The translations under genes were made by a program, and so were the position numbers. A DNA stretch of 64,000 bases from the NCBI GenBank assembly GCA_964524895.1, contig CAZGFG010000005.1, positions 5,976-69,975 on the forward strand. The letters are read 5' to 3'. The stretch is from an uncultured Gammaproteobacteria bacterium (lineage in GTDB: Bacteria; Patescibacteriota; Microgenomatia; Daviesbacterales; UBA10151). The notes under the pieces were generated by a model. The model was not told the origin of the DNA and did no database searches. It worked only from the letters and a program-made list of their open reading frames with translations. Positions 17,985 to 27,782 of the stretch are shown piece by piece; within the stretch, counting starts at the first letter, position 1, and every line of letters begins with the position of its first letter.

Positions 17985-20210
17985 CTAAGATAACTTTAGT
18001 CTCTTAAGATACAGCGGGGAAAGTAGTAATACAATAATTGTTGAAATGGAAATCAGAATTCCATATTGTAAAGATTTAGGCCGGTAATAAAAATCAACTA
18101 CATGCTTGCCCGCAGGAACCTCTACAGCCCGGAATGTATAATTTACTTTACGGATTGGGGCAGGTGCAAAGTCAACAGCAGCTTCCCATCCGGGGTAATA
18201 ATTGTCCAGCACTACCAAAACAGAATCAACTTCTGCCTCTGTTTTAATTTGTACGTGATCATTACTAATCTGCCGATAGGGGGATTTTTCATAAGATTCA
18301 CTACTTCCAATTGTCTGGTAAGCCCGGGGTAGAGCAGATAAGTTTTCCAAAACAACAACACTCCCGCTCTCAAAGACCTTCTTAAATCTTATTTTATCCA
18401 GCTTTGGATCTATAATCCCATCAGGTTTGATATTATTTTCCTCATCTCTTTTGGGGACAATTATGAGATTTGTACCCGCAATATTTAAAAGAGGAGAGGT
18501 AAAATTAGTTGATACCCCGTTTTTGGTTTGGGGATCTGCATTGGGATCATTTGAATTGGCTACGGCAATTAATTTTGCTATTCCCAAAGGATAGTAAGCA
18601 TCATAACCTGCTAAAGATTGCAGACGGTAGGGAACCCACATATTAGGAGGCAGTATGGGCATTTCGCTGACAAACCTGGAATTTACTTGACCCTTTAAAA
18701 AATCTGTCAAAGGAGTGGGCGGATAAAGATACCTGGAGGGGGTAAAGGGGTTAAACTTCCAGCCAAAACGGAATAATTCCGCAGTTAACAAAACCAGCAA
18801 CCCAATGGCAACTACCTGTTTGGGGATCTTAAAAATCTTGCTAAAGAAAATAATAAGCAAACCGGTTAAAGATATTATTAAAGGAAAGATTAGATTCTTT
18901 AAACTAATATTAAAACCAGGCTGCCAGTCTTTTAGCAAATAAACTATGGCTCCCATAACTAGCAAAATGCCCAACACCCCCAAAAAGCTTTGCAGATAAG
19001 ATTTAAAAGATTTATCTCCCAATAGATTAAGTCCAACTCCAGAAAGCAGTGCAACAGCAAAATTTACTAAAAACAAAGCACGGTTCATAGTTACAGAGGG
19101 ACCGCCCCAAAGGTTCCACTGATATAAAACTTTTGCTATTGGGTTAGGAGTAACAATAATCAGTGTAATAACCAATATCACTGCCAGAGGATATACAACC
19201 CTTAAACGAGATCCGCCTAAAAATCCGACAATAGCCAAACCTACAGCTGTAACTCCACTATAAAATGCCGCGTTAAGATAATTTTCAGGCCCCCAAAAGT
19301 TACCGGTTGAGGGGTTACCGAAAAAGTCAGGAGATAAAAAGGTCAGTAGATATTCATATGGGACAAAGCTTCCTTGTAAACCAATTACCTCATATATCCT
19401 CTGGGAATTTTGGAAAAGTTCCAGACTTGGAAGAAGTAAAATACTGCTTAGTCCTAATCCTGCCAATATAAAAAAAGTAAGCTTTAAAAAATTTCTAACA
19501 GATGCTCTGAAGAGAAACCAAATCCCCATAGCTATAAGTGAAAATAAGGTGACCGGGAAATATCCGCTAAAAATCTGCAATGCCAATGCAAAGCTCAAAA
19601 GAATACCCCACCTAATGTTTTTACTGGTAAGGAGTAAATCCTCAAATAAGATCAGCAGAGGCAAGAAAGCACTGGAGGCAGCCTGGGTATTCCACTCCAA
19701 CCAAATGAGTGAAAAACCGCCAAAACCATAGCTGATGGCTGCAAACAGACTTGCCCCTTTATTTAGACTAAGATGCCTTGCCAAAGCATACATAAACCCC
19801 CCGGCCAAAAGCGGTTGAAGCATTACTTGAAGGGTCCAAGCTAAAGAAGAAGAAAAGATCAGATAAAAAAGGATGCTTGGAAAATACAACCCTACCGGTT
19901 GGCTACCGATTATTGGGTAACCGGCAAACATTAGAGGATTCCAAAGTGGAATTTGGCCTTCTTTGATTAAATCGGTAGCATACGAGCGAAGAGGATAGAT
20001 GATTGATACCGCATCCGTAATAAGGGGATTTTTAACCGGTACACCTACCAAATTACCCCATTTATAGTCTACCCAAGGATAATAACTCCCTACAATTAAA
20101 TCTGCAGGGATAGGAATTAGTCCTAAAAAAACTTTGTAAAAAAACAGTAAAACCAAAAGAAATAAAATTAGGGGAGGAAAAAAGTTAACTTTTCCCAGAA
20201 GTGATTTCAT
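17985..20210 (-). CDS. YfhO-family membrane protein
   Basis: PLWNPLMFAGYP; C-terminal NYYPGWEA...VNYTFRAVEVPAGKHVVDFYYRP. Confidence 0.88.
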   Translation of the reverse strand: MKSLLGKVNFFPPLILFLLVLLFFYKVFLGLIPIPADLIVGSYYPWVDYKWGNLVGVPVKNPLITDAVSIIYPLRSYATDLIKEGQIPLWNPLMFAGYPIIGSQPVGLYFPSILFYLIFSSSLAWTLQVMLQPLLAGGFMYALARHLSLNKGASLFAAISYGFGGFSLIWLEWNTQAASSAFLPLLILFEDLLLTSKNIRWGILLSFALALQIFSGYFPVTLFSLIAMGIWFLFRASVRNFLKLTFFILAGLGLSSILLLPSLELFQNSQRIYEVIGLQGSFVPYEYLLTFLSPDFFGNPSTGNFWGPENYLNAAFYSGVTAVGLAIVGFLGGSRLRVVYPLAVILVITLIIVTPNPIAKVLYQWNLWGGPSVTMNRALFLVNFAVALLSGVGLNLLGDKSFKSYLQSFLGVLGILLVMGAIVYLLKDWQPGFNISLKNLIFPLIISLTGLLIIFFSKIFKIPKQVVAIGLLVLLTAELFRFGWKFNPFTPSRYLYPPTPLTDFLKGQVNSRFVSEMPILPPNMWVPYRLQSLAGYDAYYPLGIAKLIAVANSNDPNADPQTKNGVSTNFTSPLLNIAGTNLIIVPKRDEENNIKPDGIIDPKLDKIRFKKVFESGSVVVLENLSALPRAYQTIGSSESYEKSPYRQISNDHVQIKTEAEVDSVLVVLDNYYPGWEAAVDFAPAPIRKVNYTFRAVEVPAGKHVVDFYYRPKSLQYGILISISTIIVLLLSPLYLKRLKLS

Positions 20211-20248
20211 TTCCTAAAGAAGTTAAGAAAAACCATAAAACTATTGTA

Positions 20249-21997
20249 TCACCTAACCACTACACTTTTGGCCAAATTCCGCGGCTTATCCGGATCAAGA
20301 CCTTTTTTTACTGTGAGGAAATAAGCCAAAAGTTGGGCAAATACTATGTGGGGGATAACCGAGCTGGCTCCCGTATCTCCGACTTCAAAGAAATAGTCAA
20401 AGACCGGGTTATTCTTAAACCCAACGCCAATTACAAAAGCCCCTCTGGATTTAACTTCCATCGCATTGGATATTGAAGCCTCATATGTCTCATCATTGGG
20501 AGCATAAACTATCACCGGTGTGCCTTTTTCCATTAAAGCGATAGTCCCGTGTTTTAATTCACCACCGGCAAAACCTTCGGCATGAATATAAGAAATTTCT
20601 TTAATTTTTAAGGTTGACTCCAAAGCCACAGCATAGGATAAACCTCTGCCTAAAACATAGATATCTTTTGCCTGAAAAATTTTGTCACTTAATTTTTTGA
20701 TTTCGTTTTGTTTCTTCAATACTCTTTTGACCTCTTTTCTGCTTTTTTCCAGTATTTCTACCGCCTCCTTTTCCTTGCCAACCATCATAAATGAAAGTAA
20801 AACCATATAGGAGACCATGGCAATTACTGCTTTAGTTGAGGCTACTGCTTTTTCTACTCCGGCAGATAAAAGTACACTCTGATCCGCTACTCTATACAAG
20901 GATGAGCCTAAAACATTAACCAAAGCTACAATTTTTGCCCCCCTCTGTTTGGCCGCTATTACGGGCTCTAAGGTATCAATACTCTCTCCGCTTTGAGAAA
21001 CCGCGATAAGTAAACTTTTATCGGTTAAAAAATCCTGCAAGTAATTAAATTCAGATCCAATAGCAAAATTGACATGCTTTTTGGCAAACTTGGAGAAAAG
21101 GTAAGTCCCCAGTAAACAGGTATAAGAGGCAGATCCGCAGGCGATAAAATAGGTGCCAAAAGCTTTTTTAATCATTGCCGAAACTTTCTTGACTTGCTCA
21201 AGATTACCTAAAATTTCCTTAATAACATCGGGCTGCTCATAAATCTCTTTGAGCATAAAGTGGGGATATCGGTTTTTGGAGGAGAAATTATATTTCCACT
21301 CAACTTTGGTGAATTTAGGCTCGATTTTTACCATATTTTTAACCTTAAAAAGTTCAATCCGGTCATTTAACTCAACCAGTTGCCCGTCTTCAATAAACAT
21401 TAAATCTTGAGTATAGGGAAGCAGGGCATTAGGGTCAGAAGCTAATATAAAACCTTTATTAAGCTTCCCTACAACTAGGGGAGAGCCAATTTTGGCGGCT
21501 ACAATATTTTTTCCGTCAGAGACAACAATTACACTCAAACCCTTAAGCCGGTTAAATACCTTTGCTACAGCTTCTATTAGTTTTGAAGTTTTCTTGTATT
21601 CTTCCTCAATTGCATGAATAACAACTTCCGTATCAGTCTCTGATTTAAAAACATGGTTTTCTTGTAGACTTCTTTTTAATTCCAGGTAATTTTCAACAAT
21701 TCCATTATGAACCAAACTCAACTTGCCGTTGCAATCCAAATGAGGGTGTGCATTATCTTGGGTAACACCTCCGTGTGTTGCCCAACGGGTGTGTCCAATG
21801 GAGACAGCCGAGGATGGAAGGTGGAAGGTAGCGGGTAGAAAACCCACCTTCTTTTCTATTTTCCACTTTCTATCTTCTATTTTCCAATACGCTACTCCCC
21901 AGGAATCATAACCTCTATATTCAATATCCTTTAGGCCTGAAAAAACTAAGCTGGCAGCGTTGTTATCTTGTCCTATCAATCCAAATATTCCACACAT
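20249..21997 (-). CDS. glmS: Glutamine--fructose-6-phosphate transaminase
   Basis: MCGIFG, EYRGYDS, GHTRWATHG, SQSGE, ELKHG, DPDKPRNLAKSV. Confidence 0.97.
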   Translation of the reverse strand: MCGIFGLIGQDNNAASLVFSGLKDIEYRGYDSWGVAYWKIEDRKWKIEKKVGFLPATFHLPSSAVSIGHTRWATHGGVTQDNAHPHLDCNGKLSLVHNGIVENYLELKRSLQENHVFKSETDTEVVIHAIEEEYKKTSKLIEAVAKVFNRLKGLSVIVVSDGKNIVAAKIGSPLVVGKLNKGFILASDPNALLPYTQDLMFIEDGQLVELNDRIELFKVKNMVKIEPKFTKVEWKYNFSSKNRYPHFMLKEIYEQPDVIKEILGNLEQVKKVSAMIKKAFGTYFIACGSASYTCLLGTYLFSKFAKKHVNFAIGSEFNYLQDFLTDKSLLIAVSQSGESIDTLEPVIAAKQRGAKIVALVNVLGSSLYRVADQSVLLSAGVEKAVASTKAVIAMVSYMVLLSFMMVGKEKEAVEILEKSRKEVKRVLKKQNEIKKLSDKIFQAKDIYVLGRGLSYAVALESTLKIKEISYIHAEGFAGGELKHGTIALMEKGTPVIVYAPNDETYEASISNAMEVKSRGAFVIGVGFKNNPVFDYFFEVGDTGASSVIPHIVFAQLLAYFLTVKKGLDPDKPRNLAKSVVVR

Positions 21998-22022
21998 AAA
22001 TTTAAGGAGGCTTATTAAAGTG

Positions 22023-22096
22023 TGGAGTCATGTGGACTCGAACCACAGACCTTCTCGGTGTAAACGAGACGCTCTAGCCAACTGAGCTATGACTCC
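22023..22096 (-). tRNA. tRNA-Val(TAC)
   Basis: Acceptor GGAGTCA/TGACTCC; anticodon loop TTTACAC. Confidence 0.93.
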
Positions 22097-22140
22097 ACTG
22101 GGGTATTTTAACAGATTTTGGGGAAATTTCTCCAGTTTAA

Positions 22141-22605
22141 CTAACCTCTGGGGGTAATTCCATAAATCTTGATCTGGGTATTCATATCTATCCAGTTATA
22201 CAAAACAGCCATATTGGTAGTACTAACATTTATGCAACCATGACTCATAGGAACTCCAAAATTGTTATGCCAATAAGTTCCATGAATTGCATAGCTTTTA
22301 TAAAAATAAACAACAAATGGCACATTGGGCAGATCATAGTAAGTTCCCAGCCTCCGATCTCCTCCGATCATCCGGTCGTACCTTAATTTAGTCCAAGGTT
22401 TAAATTCACCGGTTGGGGTAGGCCACCATGCTTTGCCGGAGGAAATAGGGAAGTTGTAAACTAATTTATCTCTTTCAAAGGCATATAAATGCTGGTTGGT
22501 AAGATTTACCTCTACCCTTTTGGAATAAGTCTGGGCCAAAACTACCGGAGGAAGAAACAAAAACAGTATAATTAATGCTGCAAGAGATGAAATAGCTTCT
22601 CTCAT
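22141..22605 (-). CDS. L,D-transpeptidase (YkuD family)
   Basis: TPTGEF, YAIHGTYWHNNFG, SHGCIN. Confidence 0.92.
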   Translation of the reverse strand: MREAISSLAALIILFLFLPPVVLAQTYSKRVEVNLTNQHLYAFERDKLVYNFPISSGKAWWPTPTGEFKPWTKLRYDRMIGGDRRLGTYYDLPNVPFVVYFYKSYAIHGTYWHNNFGVPMSHGCINVSTTNMAVLYNWIDMNTQIKIYGITPRG

Positions 22606-22676
22606 TCTACTGCAAACATAATAGCTAAAATACTAAAAATCGGGATTAGGAATAAGTAAGAGGTAGGTAAATAATG

Positions 22677-22759
22677 TGCGGATGAGAGGAGTTGAACCTC
22701 CACGCCCTTTCGGGCACTACCACCTCAAGGTAGCGTGTATACCGTTTCACCACATCCGC
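22677..22759 (-). tRNA. tRNA-Leu(GAG)
   Basis: Acceptor GCGGATG/CATCCGC; CTACC-TTGAGGT-GGTAG; long variable arm. Confidence 0.93.
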
Positions 22760-22780
22760 GCGCAAAGCAATCCTAGATTG

Positions 22781-22863
22781 TGCCGAAGAGAGGAGTTGAA
22801 CCTCCACCCGATTGCTCGGACAGCGCTCTGAACGCTGCGTGTCTACCATTCCACCACTTCGGC
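22781..22863 (-). tRNA. tRNA-Leu(CAG)
   Basis: Acceptor GCCGAAG/CTTCGGC; CAGCG-TTCAGAG-CGCTG. Confidence 0.93.
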
Positions 22864-22947
22864 ATTCCCAGCTTCATATTGTAGCAATTACCCCTGTATT
22901 TAGCAAAATCTGATATTAAAAAACCTAAATGTTATAATTAGATACTT

Positions 22948-23976
22948 ATGTCCGATGACAAAAACTCATCAGGGTATCCTTATGCCCAAAAAATAGTTAC
23001 TTTGGGTGGAGGCACTGGTCACTTCTCACTTCTACGTGGGTTGGTAGAACAAAATCAGCCTGACTTAATTACAGCTATTGTTGGTACCTGGGATAGCGGA
23101 GGAAGTTCCGGAAGGCTGCGGACTGAAATGGGGGTATTGCCACCCGGAGATATACGCCAATGCTTACTTGCCTTAATGGAAGACCCATTGCAGCGACAAG
23201 TTGCCCAAAAACTATTTGATGATAGATTAGCAGAAGTTACAGGCCCCCTGCAAGGCCATAGCCTGGGAAATCTTATTACTGCCAGGTTAGACCATATTTA
23301 CAAAGGCGGGGACAGGGGAATAGAGGCTGAAAGGCTGCTATTTAGAATCAGAGGGAAAGTTATTCCGGTGAGCCTTTCTGATTTAAACCTTATTGCAAAA
23401 CTGGAAAACGGCAGCGAAGTAGAGGGGGAAACCAATATAGATTTACGTGGTTCCAAGTCAAAGATTGGGCCGGGGGAAAAGATCTCCAGGATATACTTTG
23501 ACAGCAGCGCCGATCCTAATCCGGAAGCTATCTCGACCCTTTCGCAGGCAGAAAAAATAGTCTTTGCACCGGGTGATCTTTTTACCAGTGTCCTGCCTCA
23601 CCTTTTGGTAAACGGAATCAAAGAAGCTATACTTTCTTCGAAAGCCAAAGTAATTTTAGTGCTAAATCTTATGTCAAAAGGCGGGGAAACCGACAACTTT
23701 AAGGCTTCCGATTTTCTAAAGGCTTTTAACTACTACTTGGAGGATAACGGTAGAATCAATTACCTGATAGCAAATTCAAATGGCCTGGACAAAGAAGTTC
23801 TAAAGGTCTACAAGGGAGAAAACCAGATGCCGGTAGAGATAGATGAAAAGGTTTGTCAAAAAGTTTCTCCCAAAACGAAAATAGTTTCCTCTTCACTGGG
23901 ACGATATCACCTAAAAGAGCATCTTTTCCGTCATGATCCGGATATATTGGGAAAGATTATACTTGATCTAAATTAG
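22948..23976 (+). CDS. yvcK: YvcK/GlmR-family (UPF0052) protein
   Basis: LGGGTG, DSGGSSGRLR, PPGDIR, GHSLGNL, RHDP. Confidence 0.88.
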   Translation: MSDDKNSSGYPYAQKIVTLGGGTGHFSLLRGLVEQNQPDLITAIVGTWDSGGSSGRLRTEMGVLPPGDIRQCLLALMEDPLQRQVAQKLFDDRLAEVTGPLQGHSLGNLITARLDHIYKGGDRGIEAERLLFRIRGKVIPVSLSDLNLIAKLENGSEVEGETNIDLRGSKSKIGPGEKISRIYFDSSADPNPEAISTLSQAEKIVFAPGDLFTSVLPHLLVNGIKEAILSSKAKVILVLNLMSKGGETDNFKASDFLKAFNYYLEDNGRINYLIANSNGLDKEVLKVYKGENQMPVEIDEKVCQKVSPKTKIVSSSLGRYHLKEHLFRHDPDILGKIILDLN

Positions 23977-24068
23977 CTTGTTGTAACAATCTAATCCAAT
24001 CCCACTGAACCCGCTACTTAACTTGACAAACTGTAAAAATTAAAGCTACTATCTTCTAAACTTTGCAG

Positions 24069-24644
24069 ATGGACACAAAAGTTAACTTTTTATTGGGTTG
24101 GTTTGGAACAACCATTTCTACGCTCGCATTTTCTATTACCTTCTTGGTCTATTTATCGACCGATCATTTTGTCCAACCCAGTTCCCAAAATTTTCAACTA
24201 TATGCGGCTTTGCCGGAGGCAGGGGTAACAGCAAAAGACGATATCGGTCAAGCCGATGCCAGAGAAAAAATCATCCGTAACTTCTTCAAAGGTTATGAAT
24301 CCATACTGGCAGACTATAGTAATGTGTTTCTTCAGGTGGCTGAAAAATACAAACTGGATTACCGTCTGCTACCTGCTATTTCCATGCAAGAGTCAAATGG
24401 TGGTAAGCGGGTAATCAAAGGCTCCTATAACCCTTTTGGCTACGGTATTTATGGCAGTAAGGTACTACGTTTCAATTCTTGGGAAGAAGCTATAGAAAGG
24501 GTCGGACGGGGACTAAGGGAGGATTATCTTAACATTGGACTCACCGAGCCAAACACAATCATGGCTAAATATACCCCTCCTTCTCTGGCTAAAGGTGGAG
24601 CTTGGGCCAAAGGTGTAAATAGCTTCATGGAAGAGCTTCGCTAA
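24069..24644 (+). CDS. Membrane-anchored lysozyme/glucosaminidase-like protein
   Basis: LDYRLLPAISMQES, YNPFGYG, KYTPPS. Confidence 0.7.
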   Translation: MDTKVNFLLGWFGTTISTLAFSITFLVYLSTDHFVQPSSQNFQLYAALPEAGVTAKDDIGQADAREKIIRNFFKGYESILADYSNVFLQVAEKYKLDYRLLPAISMQESNGGKRVIKGSYNPFGYGIYGSKVLRFNSWEEAIERVGRGLREDYLNIGLTEPNTIMAKYTPPSLAKGGAWAKGVNSFMEELR

Positions 24645-24713
24645 TAGCCGAACCCATTTTATAGAGCCTATAGAGTTTGACTTTTCGCCTTAAGTTTGGT
24701 ATCATTACACACT

Positions 24714-24752
24714 AATCCTGATATTTGTCCCCTCAAGTATCAGGATTTTTTT
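24714..24752 (+). terminator. Intrinsic terminator-like hairpin
   Basis: AATCCTGATATTTG-tcccct-CAAGTATCAGGATT followed by a T tract. Confidence 0.65.
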
Positions 24753-24774
24753 GTGGGCAAACAGCCTGCAAAAT

Positions 24775-25359
24775 ATGTTATACAAAAAGATTCTGGTTCT
24801 ACTTTTAATCTCCTTTATCCCATACCTGGCTTATGCACAGGAGGCCAAAGCTGCGCAGATAGCCGTGGAGATTGAAGGTAAACTTATGGATAAAAGGGCC
24901 GAAATTCTGGCCAGCTATCTTGCCCAATATGGCTCACCCTTGCAATATCATGCCCAAGATTTTATCGATGCTTCGGATGAATACGGAGTAGATTGGAAAT
25001 TGGTTCCTGCCATTGCCGGAACAGAATCTACTTTCGGTAAATTTATACCGGGCGGATATAACGCTTGGGGTTGGGGGGTCTATGGCACCCAGGCTATTTA
25101 TTTTGACTCTTGGAGGGATGCTATCTTTACTGTTACCAAAGGCCTAAAAGAAGGCTACATCAACAAGGGTTTAACTAACCCTTACACTATGAATAGGGTA
25201 TACGCTGCCTCTCCAGCTTGGGGTAGACATGTAGCTTACTTTATGAACGACTTAGACAAGTATGCTTTAGAATATGACTCAAAAAATACCTCATTGGTAC
25301 ACAGCCTAATAACCAAAAGTGCCGGAAGCTCTGCTCAATTAACCTTGGCCTATTTTTAA
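24775..25359 (+). CDS. Secreted lysozyme/glucosaminidase-like protein (paralog of the upstream gene)
   Basis: VDWKLVPAIAGTESTFG, YNAWGWG. Confidence 0.7.
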   Translation: MLYKKILVLLLISFIPYLAYAQEAKAAQIAVEIEGKLMDKRAEILASYLAQYGSPLQYHAQDFIDASDEYGVDWKLVPAIAGTESTFGKFIPGGYNAWGWGVYGTQAIYFDSWRDAIFTVTKGLKEGYINKGLTNPYTMNRVYAASPAWGRHVAYFMNDLDKYALEYDSKNTSLVHSLITKSAGSSAQLTLAYF

Positions 25360-25381
25360 GCTGTTGATATATAATGGCTTA

Positions 25382-26629
25382 ATGAGAACTCAAGCTGCCG
25401 TTGCTGCAGGTAAACTAATTTGGGGGGCCAGCCGCAGACTAAAAATTGGAGGAGGGTCTTCAGCTCCCGGATTGTATGCCTTAAAGGTAGACCCCAATTT
25501 AATCTCCAACTTAAGTAAGTTTATACACAGAAATATTATTATTACCGGAACTAACGGCAAAACTACTACTGCCAAACTCCTTGCTTGCTTTGCTAAAGAA
25601 AACAACTTATCTGTGATCAGAAACTCGACCGGATCTAATTTAGAGAGGGGGATAGCTTCAGCTCTAATTCACCATATAGGTCTGGGTAAGAAAAAATACG
25701 ACCTGGGAATTTGGGAACTGGACGAAGCTGCTTTTAATACCGTTGCTCCAAAATTAAACCCCCGGGTTGTAATATTCCTCAATGCTTTCAGAGATCAGTT
25801 GGACCGGTACGGAGAAGTCGATACAGTGGTCGAAAACTGGCGTAAAACATTGCAAAACGTTGGTAGAGATACTCAAATAATCGTTAACGGTGATGACACC
25901 AATACTGCAAAACTTATTGCCTCTTTGGGAAAACCCCAAACTTTTGGACTGGAAGAATTAAAAATTTTCGGAGAGGGTGGTAGGGTTAAAAAAGCAGAGC
26001 CAAATCTATTGGCTAGAAAGATCCAAGTTTTGGATTTAAAAGGGAGCTCTTTTGAGGTAGACAATCAGAAAATTTACTTGCCTTTACCTGGGATTTATCA
26101 TATTTATGATTTTCTAGGAGCCTTTGCTGTTGGAAAAGTTCTAGGCTTTTCCGTTAAGAGTATGGTTAAATCCTTAAAAAGATACAGACCGGCCTTTGGT
26201 CGGGTAGAAAAATTGGAGTTTGGATATATCTTTTTGATTAAAAACCCTGTTGGGGCTACGCAGGTTTTGAAAACAATTGTGCCAAATCTGGATGGAAACG
26301 CGAGTTTACTGATAGCACTAAATGATAACTTTGCCGATGGGACAGATGTCTCTTGGATTTGGGATACTGAATTTGAGAACCTTGCCGGGATTAAAAATAA
26401 AATCTATTGTAGTGGCATCCGGGCAGAGGATCTTGCTTTAAGGCTAAAATATGCCGGAATAGAAAGTGAGCAGCTTAAAATAGAGGCTGATATAAAACAT
26501 GCCTTAAAAGAGGCCAGGGAAGAAACTAAAGGCAGGCTGTTTGTTCTGCCTACCTATACCGCTATGCTCAAGCTGCAGGAAATATTGACAAAAGAAGGAT
26601 TGAAAAAGCCTTACTGGGAGGAGGAATAA
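25382..26629 (+). CDS. murT: Lipid II isoglutaminyl synthase subunit MurT
   Basis: TGTNGKTTT, RDQLDRYGE, KNP, DGTDVSWIWD, PTYTAM; TATAAT 6 nt before ATG 25382. Confidence 0.92.
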   Translation: MRTQAAVAAGKLIWGASRRLKIGGGSSAPGLYALKVDPNLISNLSKFIHRNIIITGTNGKTTTAKLLACFAKENNLSVIRNSTGSNLERGIASALIHHIGLGKKKYDLGIWELDEAAFNTVAPKLNPRVVIFLNAFRDQLDRYGEVDTVVENWRKTLQNVGRDTQIIVNGDDTNTAKLIASLGKPQTFGLEELKIFGEGGRVKKAEPNLLARKIQVLDLKGSSFEVDNQKIYLPLPGIYHIYDFLGAFAVGKVLGFSVKSMVKSLKRYRPAFGRVEKLEFGYIFLIKNPVGATQVLKTIVPNLDGNASLLIALNDNFADGTDVSWIWDTEFENLAGIKNKIYCSGIRAEDLALRLKYAGIESEQLKIEADIKHALKEAREETKGRLFVLPTYTAMLKLQEILTKEGLKKPYWEEE

Positions 26630-27400
26630 ATGAAAATTACCATCGGCTACTTATATCCAGATCTCATGAATATCTATGGTGATACCGGCAATATTATTGC
26701 CTTAAAAAAGAGGTCCCAATGGAGAGGAATAGAGGTTGAAGTTAGGTCAATAAACACCGGAGATGAACATAAGGCAAGTATAGTTGATCTCTACTTTTTT
26801 GGTGGAGGTCAGGACCAACAACAAGAGTTGGTAGCAGGAGACTTGGTAGAAAGTAGTAAGGGTAAGGTAATAAAACAGGATGTGGAAAGGGGGGTACCAC
26901 TGCTTTCTATTTGTGGGGGGTACCAGCTCCTGGGTGAATATTATCAACCTCACCAAGGAGCCAGATTAAAGGGGGTGGGGTTATTCCCAGCTTATACTGT
27001 GGCAAGTTACGACAGAATGATAGGCAACATAGTGATTAGGGTACAGGGTATAGGGTATAGTGATAAAAATACTAACCCCCAAACCCCAAACCCTAAACCC
27101 TACCTAGTTGGTTTTGAAAATCACTCCGGAAAGACTTATCTAAAATCGGGGGCACAACCCTTGGGAAAAGTTATTAAAGGTTTTGGTAATAATGGTGAGG
27201 ATCAAACAGAAGGCTGCATATACAAAAATGCCATCGGCTGCTATATGCACGGATCACTTCTGCCCAAAAATCCAAGGCTGACTGACTGGCTGCTTCAAAA
27301 AGCTTTAGAGGTAAAATATGGAAAAAAGATGGAGCTTGAGCCACTGGATGATTCCCTAGAAAACAAAGCCCACAAAACAATTATCAAGAGGCTTATTTAA
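26630..27400 (+). CDS. gatD: Glutamine amidotransferase GatD (CobQ-like)
   Basis: YPDLMNIYGD, GGGQD, ICGGYQLLG, GFENHSG, HGSLLPKNP. Confidence 0.92.
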   Translation: MKITIGYLYPDLMNIYGDTGNIIALKKRSQWRGIEVEVRSINTGDEHKASIVDLYFFGGGQDQQQELVAGDLVESSKGKVIKQDVERGVPLLSICGGYQLLGEYYQPHQGARLKGVGLFPAYTVASYDRMIGNIVIRVQGIGYSDKNTNPQTPNPKPYLVGFENHSGKTYLKSGAQPLGKVIKGFGNNGEDQTEGCIYKNAIGCYMHGSLLPKNPRLTDWLLQKALEVKYGKKMELEPLDDSLENKAHKTIIKRLI

Positions 27401-27487
27401 TCACAGGTAACCACTACCGCTCTATAACCGTACCATCAAAACTACCTCTGTGATAAAATTACGTTACAAAATTGCTATGCAATTTTG

Positions 27488-27557
27488 AGAGGAGGAATCG
27501 CGAAAAAGTTCGAGTTGCGAGTATGCGAGTAACCGAACTTATAAAGCTAATTCCGAC
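27488..27557. repeat. Nested palindromic element upstream of tRNA-Leu
   Basis: GGAAT...ATTCC enclosing AAGTTCG...CGAACTT. Confidence 0.5.
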
Positions 27558-27559
27558 AT

Positions 27560-27642
27560 GGCCAAGTGGTGGAATGGTAGACACGCAGGATTTAGGATCC
27601 TGTGCTGGAAACAGCGTGGAGGTTCGAGTCCTCTCTTGGCCA
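27560..27642 (+). tRNA. tRNA-Leu(TAG)
   Basis: Acceptor GGCCAAG/CTTGGCC; CAGGA-TTTAGGA-TCCTG. Confidence 0.93.
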
Positions 27643-27656
27643 CACTAAAAATTGCA

Positions 27657-27712
27657 AGGTCCTAGGACCTATTGTCAGTAATGACGTGCAGGTTCGAGTC
27701 CTGTCCCCGGCA
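27657..27712 (+). pseudogene. 3' half of a different tRNA-Leu-like gene
   Basis: Variable arm GTCA-GTAA-TGAC, T arm GCAGG-TTCGAGT-CCTGT, acceptor strand CCCCGGCA; no 5' half. Confidence 0.75.
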
Positions 27713-27782
27713 CAAAATTTAAGGCATTCTTACCTGGTTTAATTTGACTTCTTGCATTAAAGTAGTAGAATTACACTCAATT

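Noticed and set aside
24677-24752. Promoter immediately followed by a terminator hairpin, as a possible small RNA or riboswitch
   Set aside because: No aptamer recognised, and the hairpin can simply terminate the upstream gene
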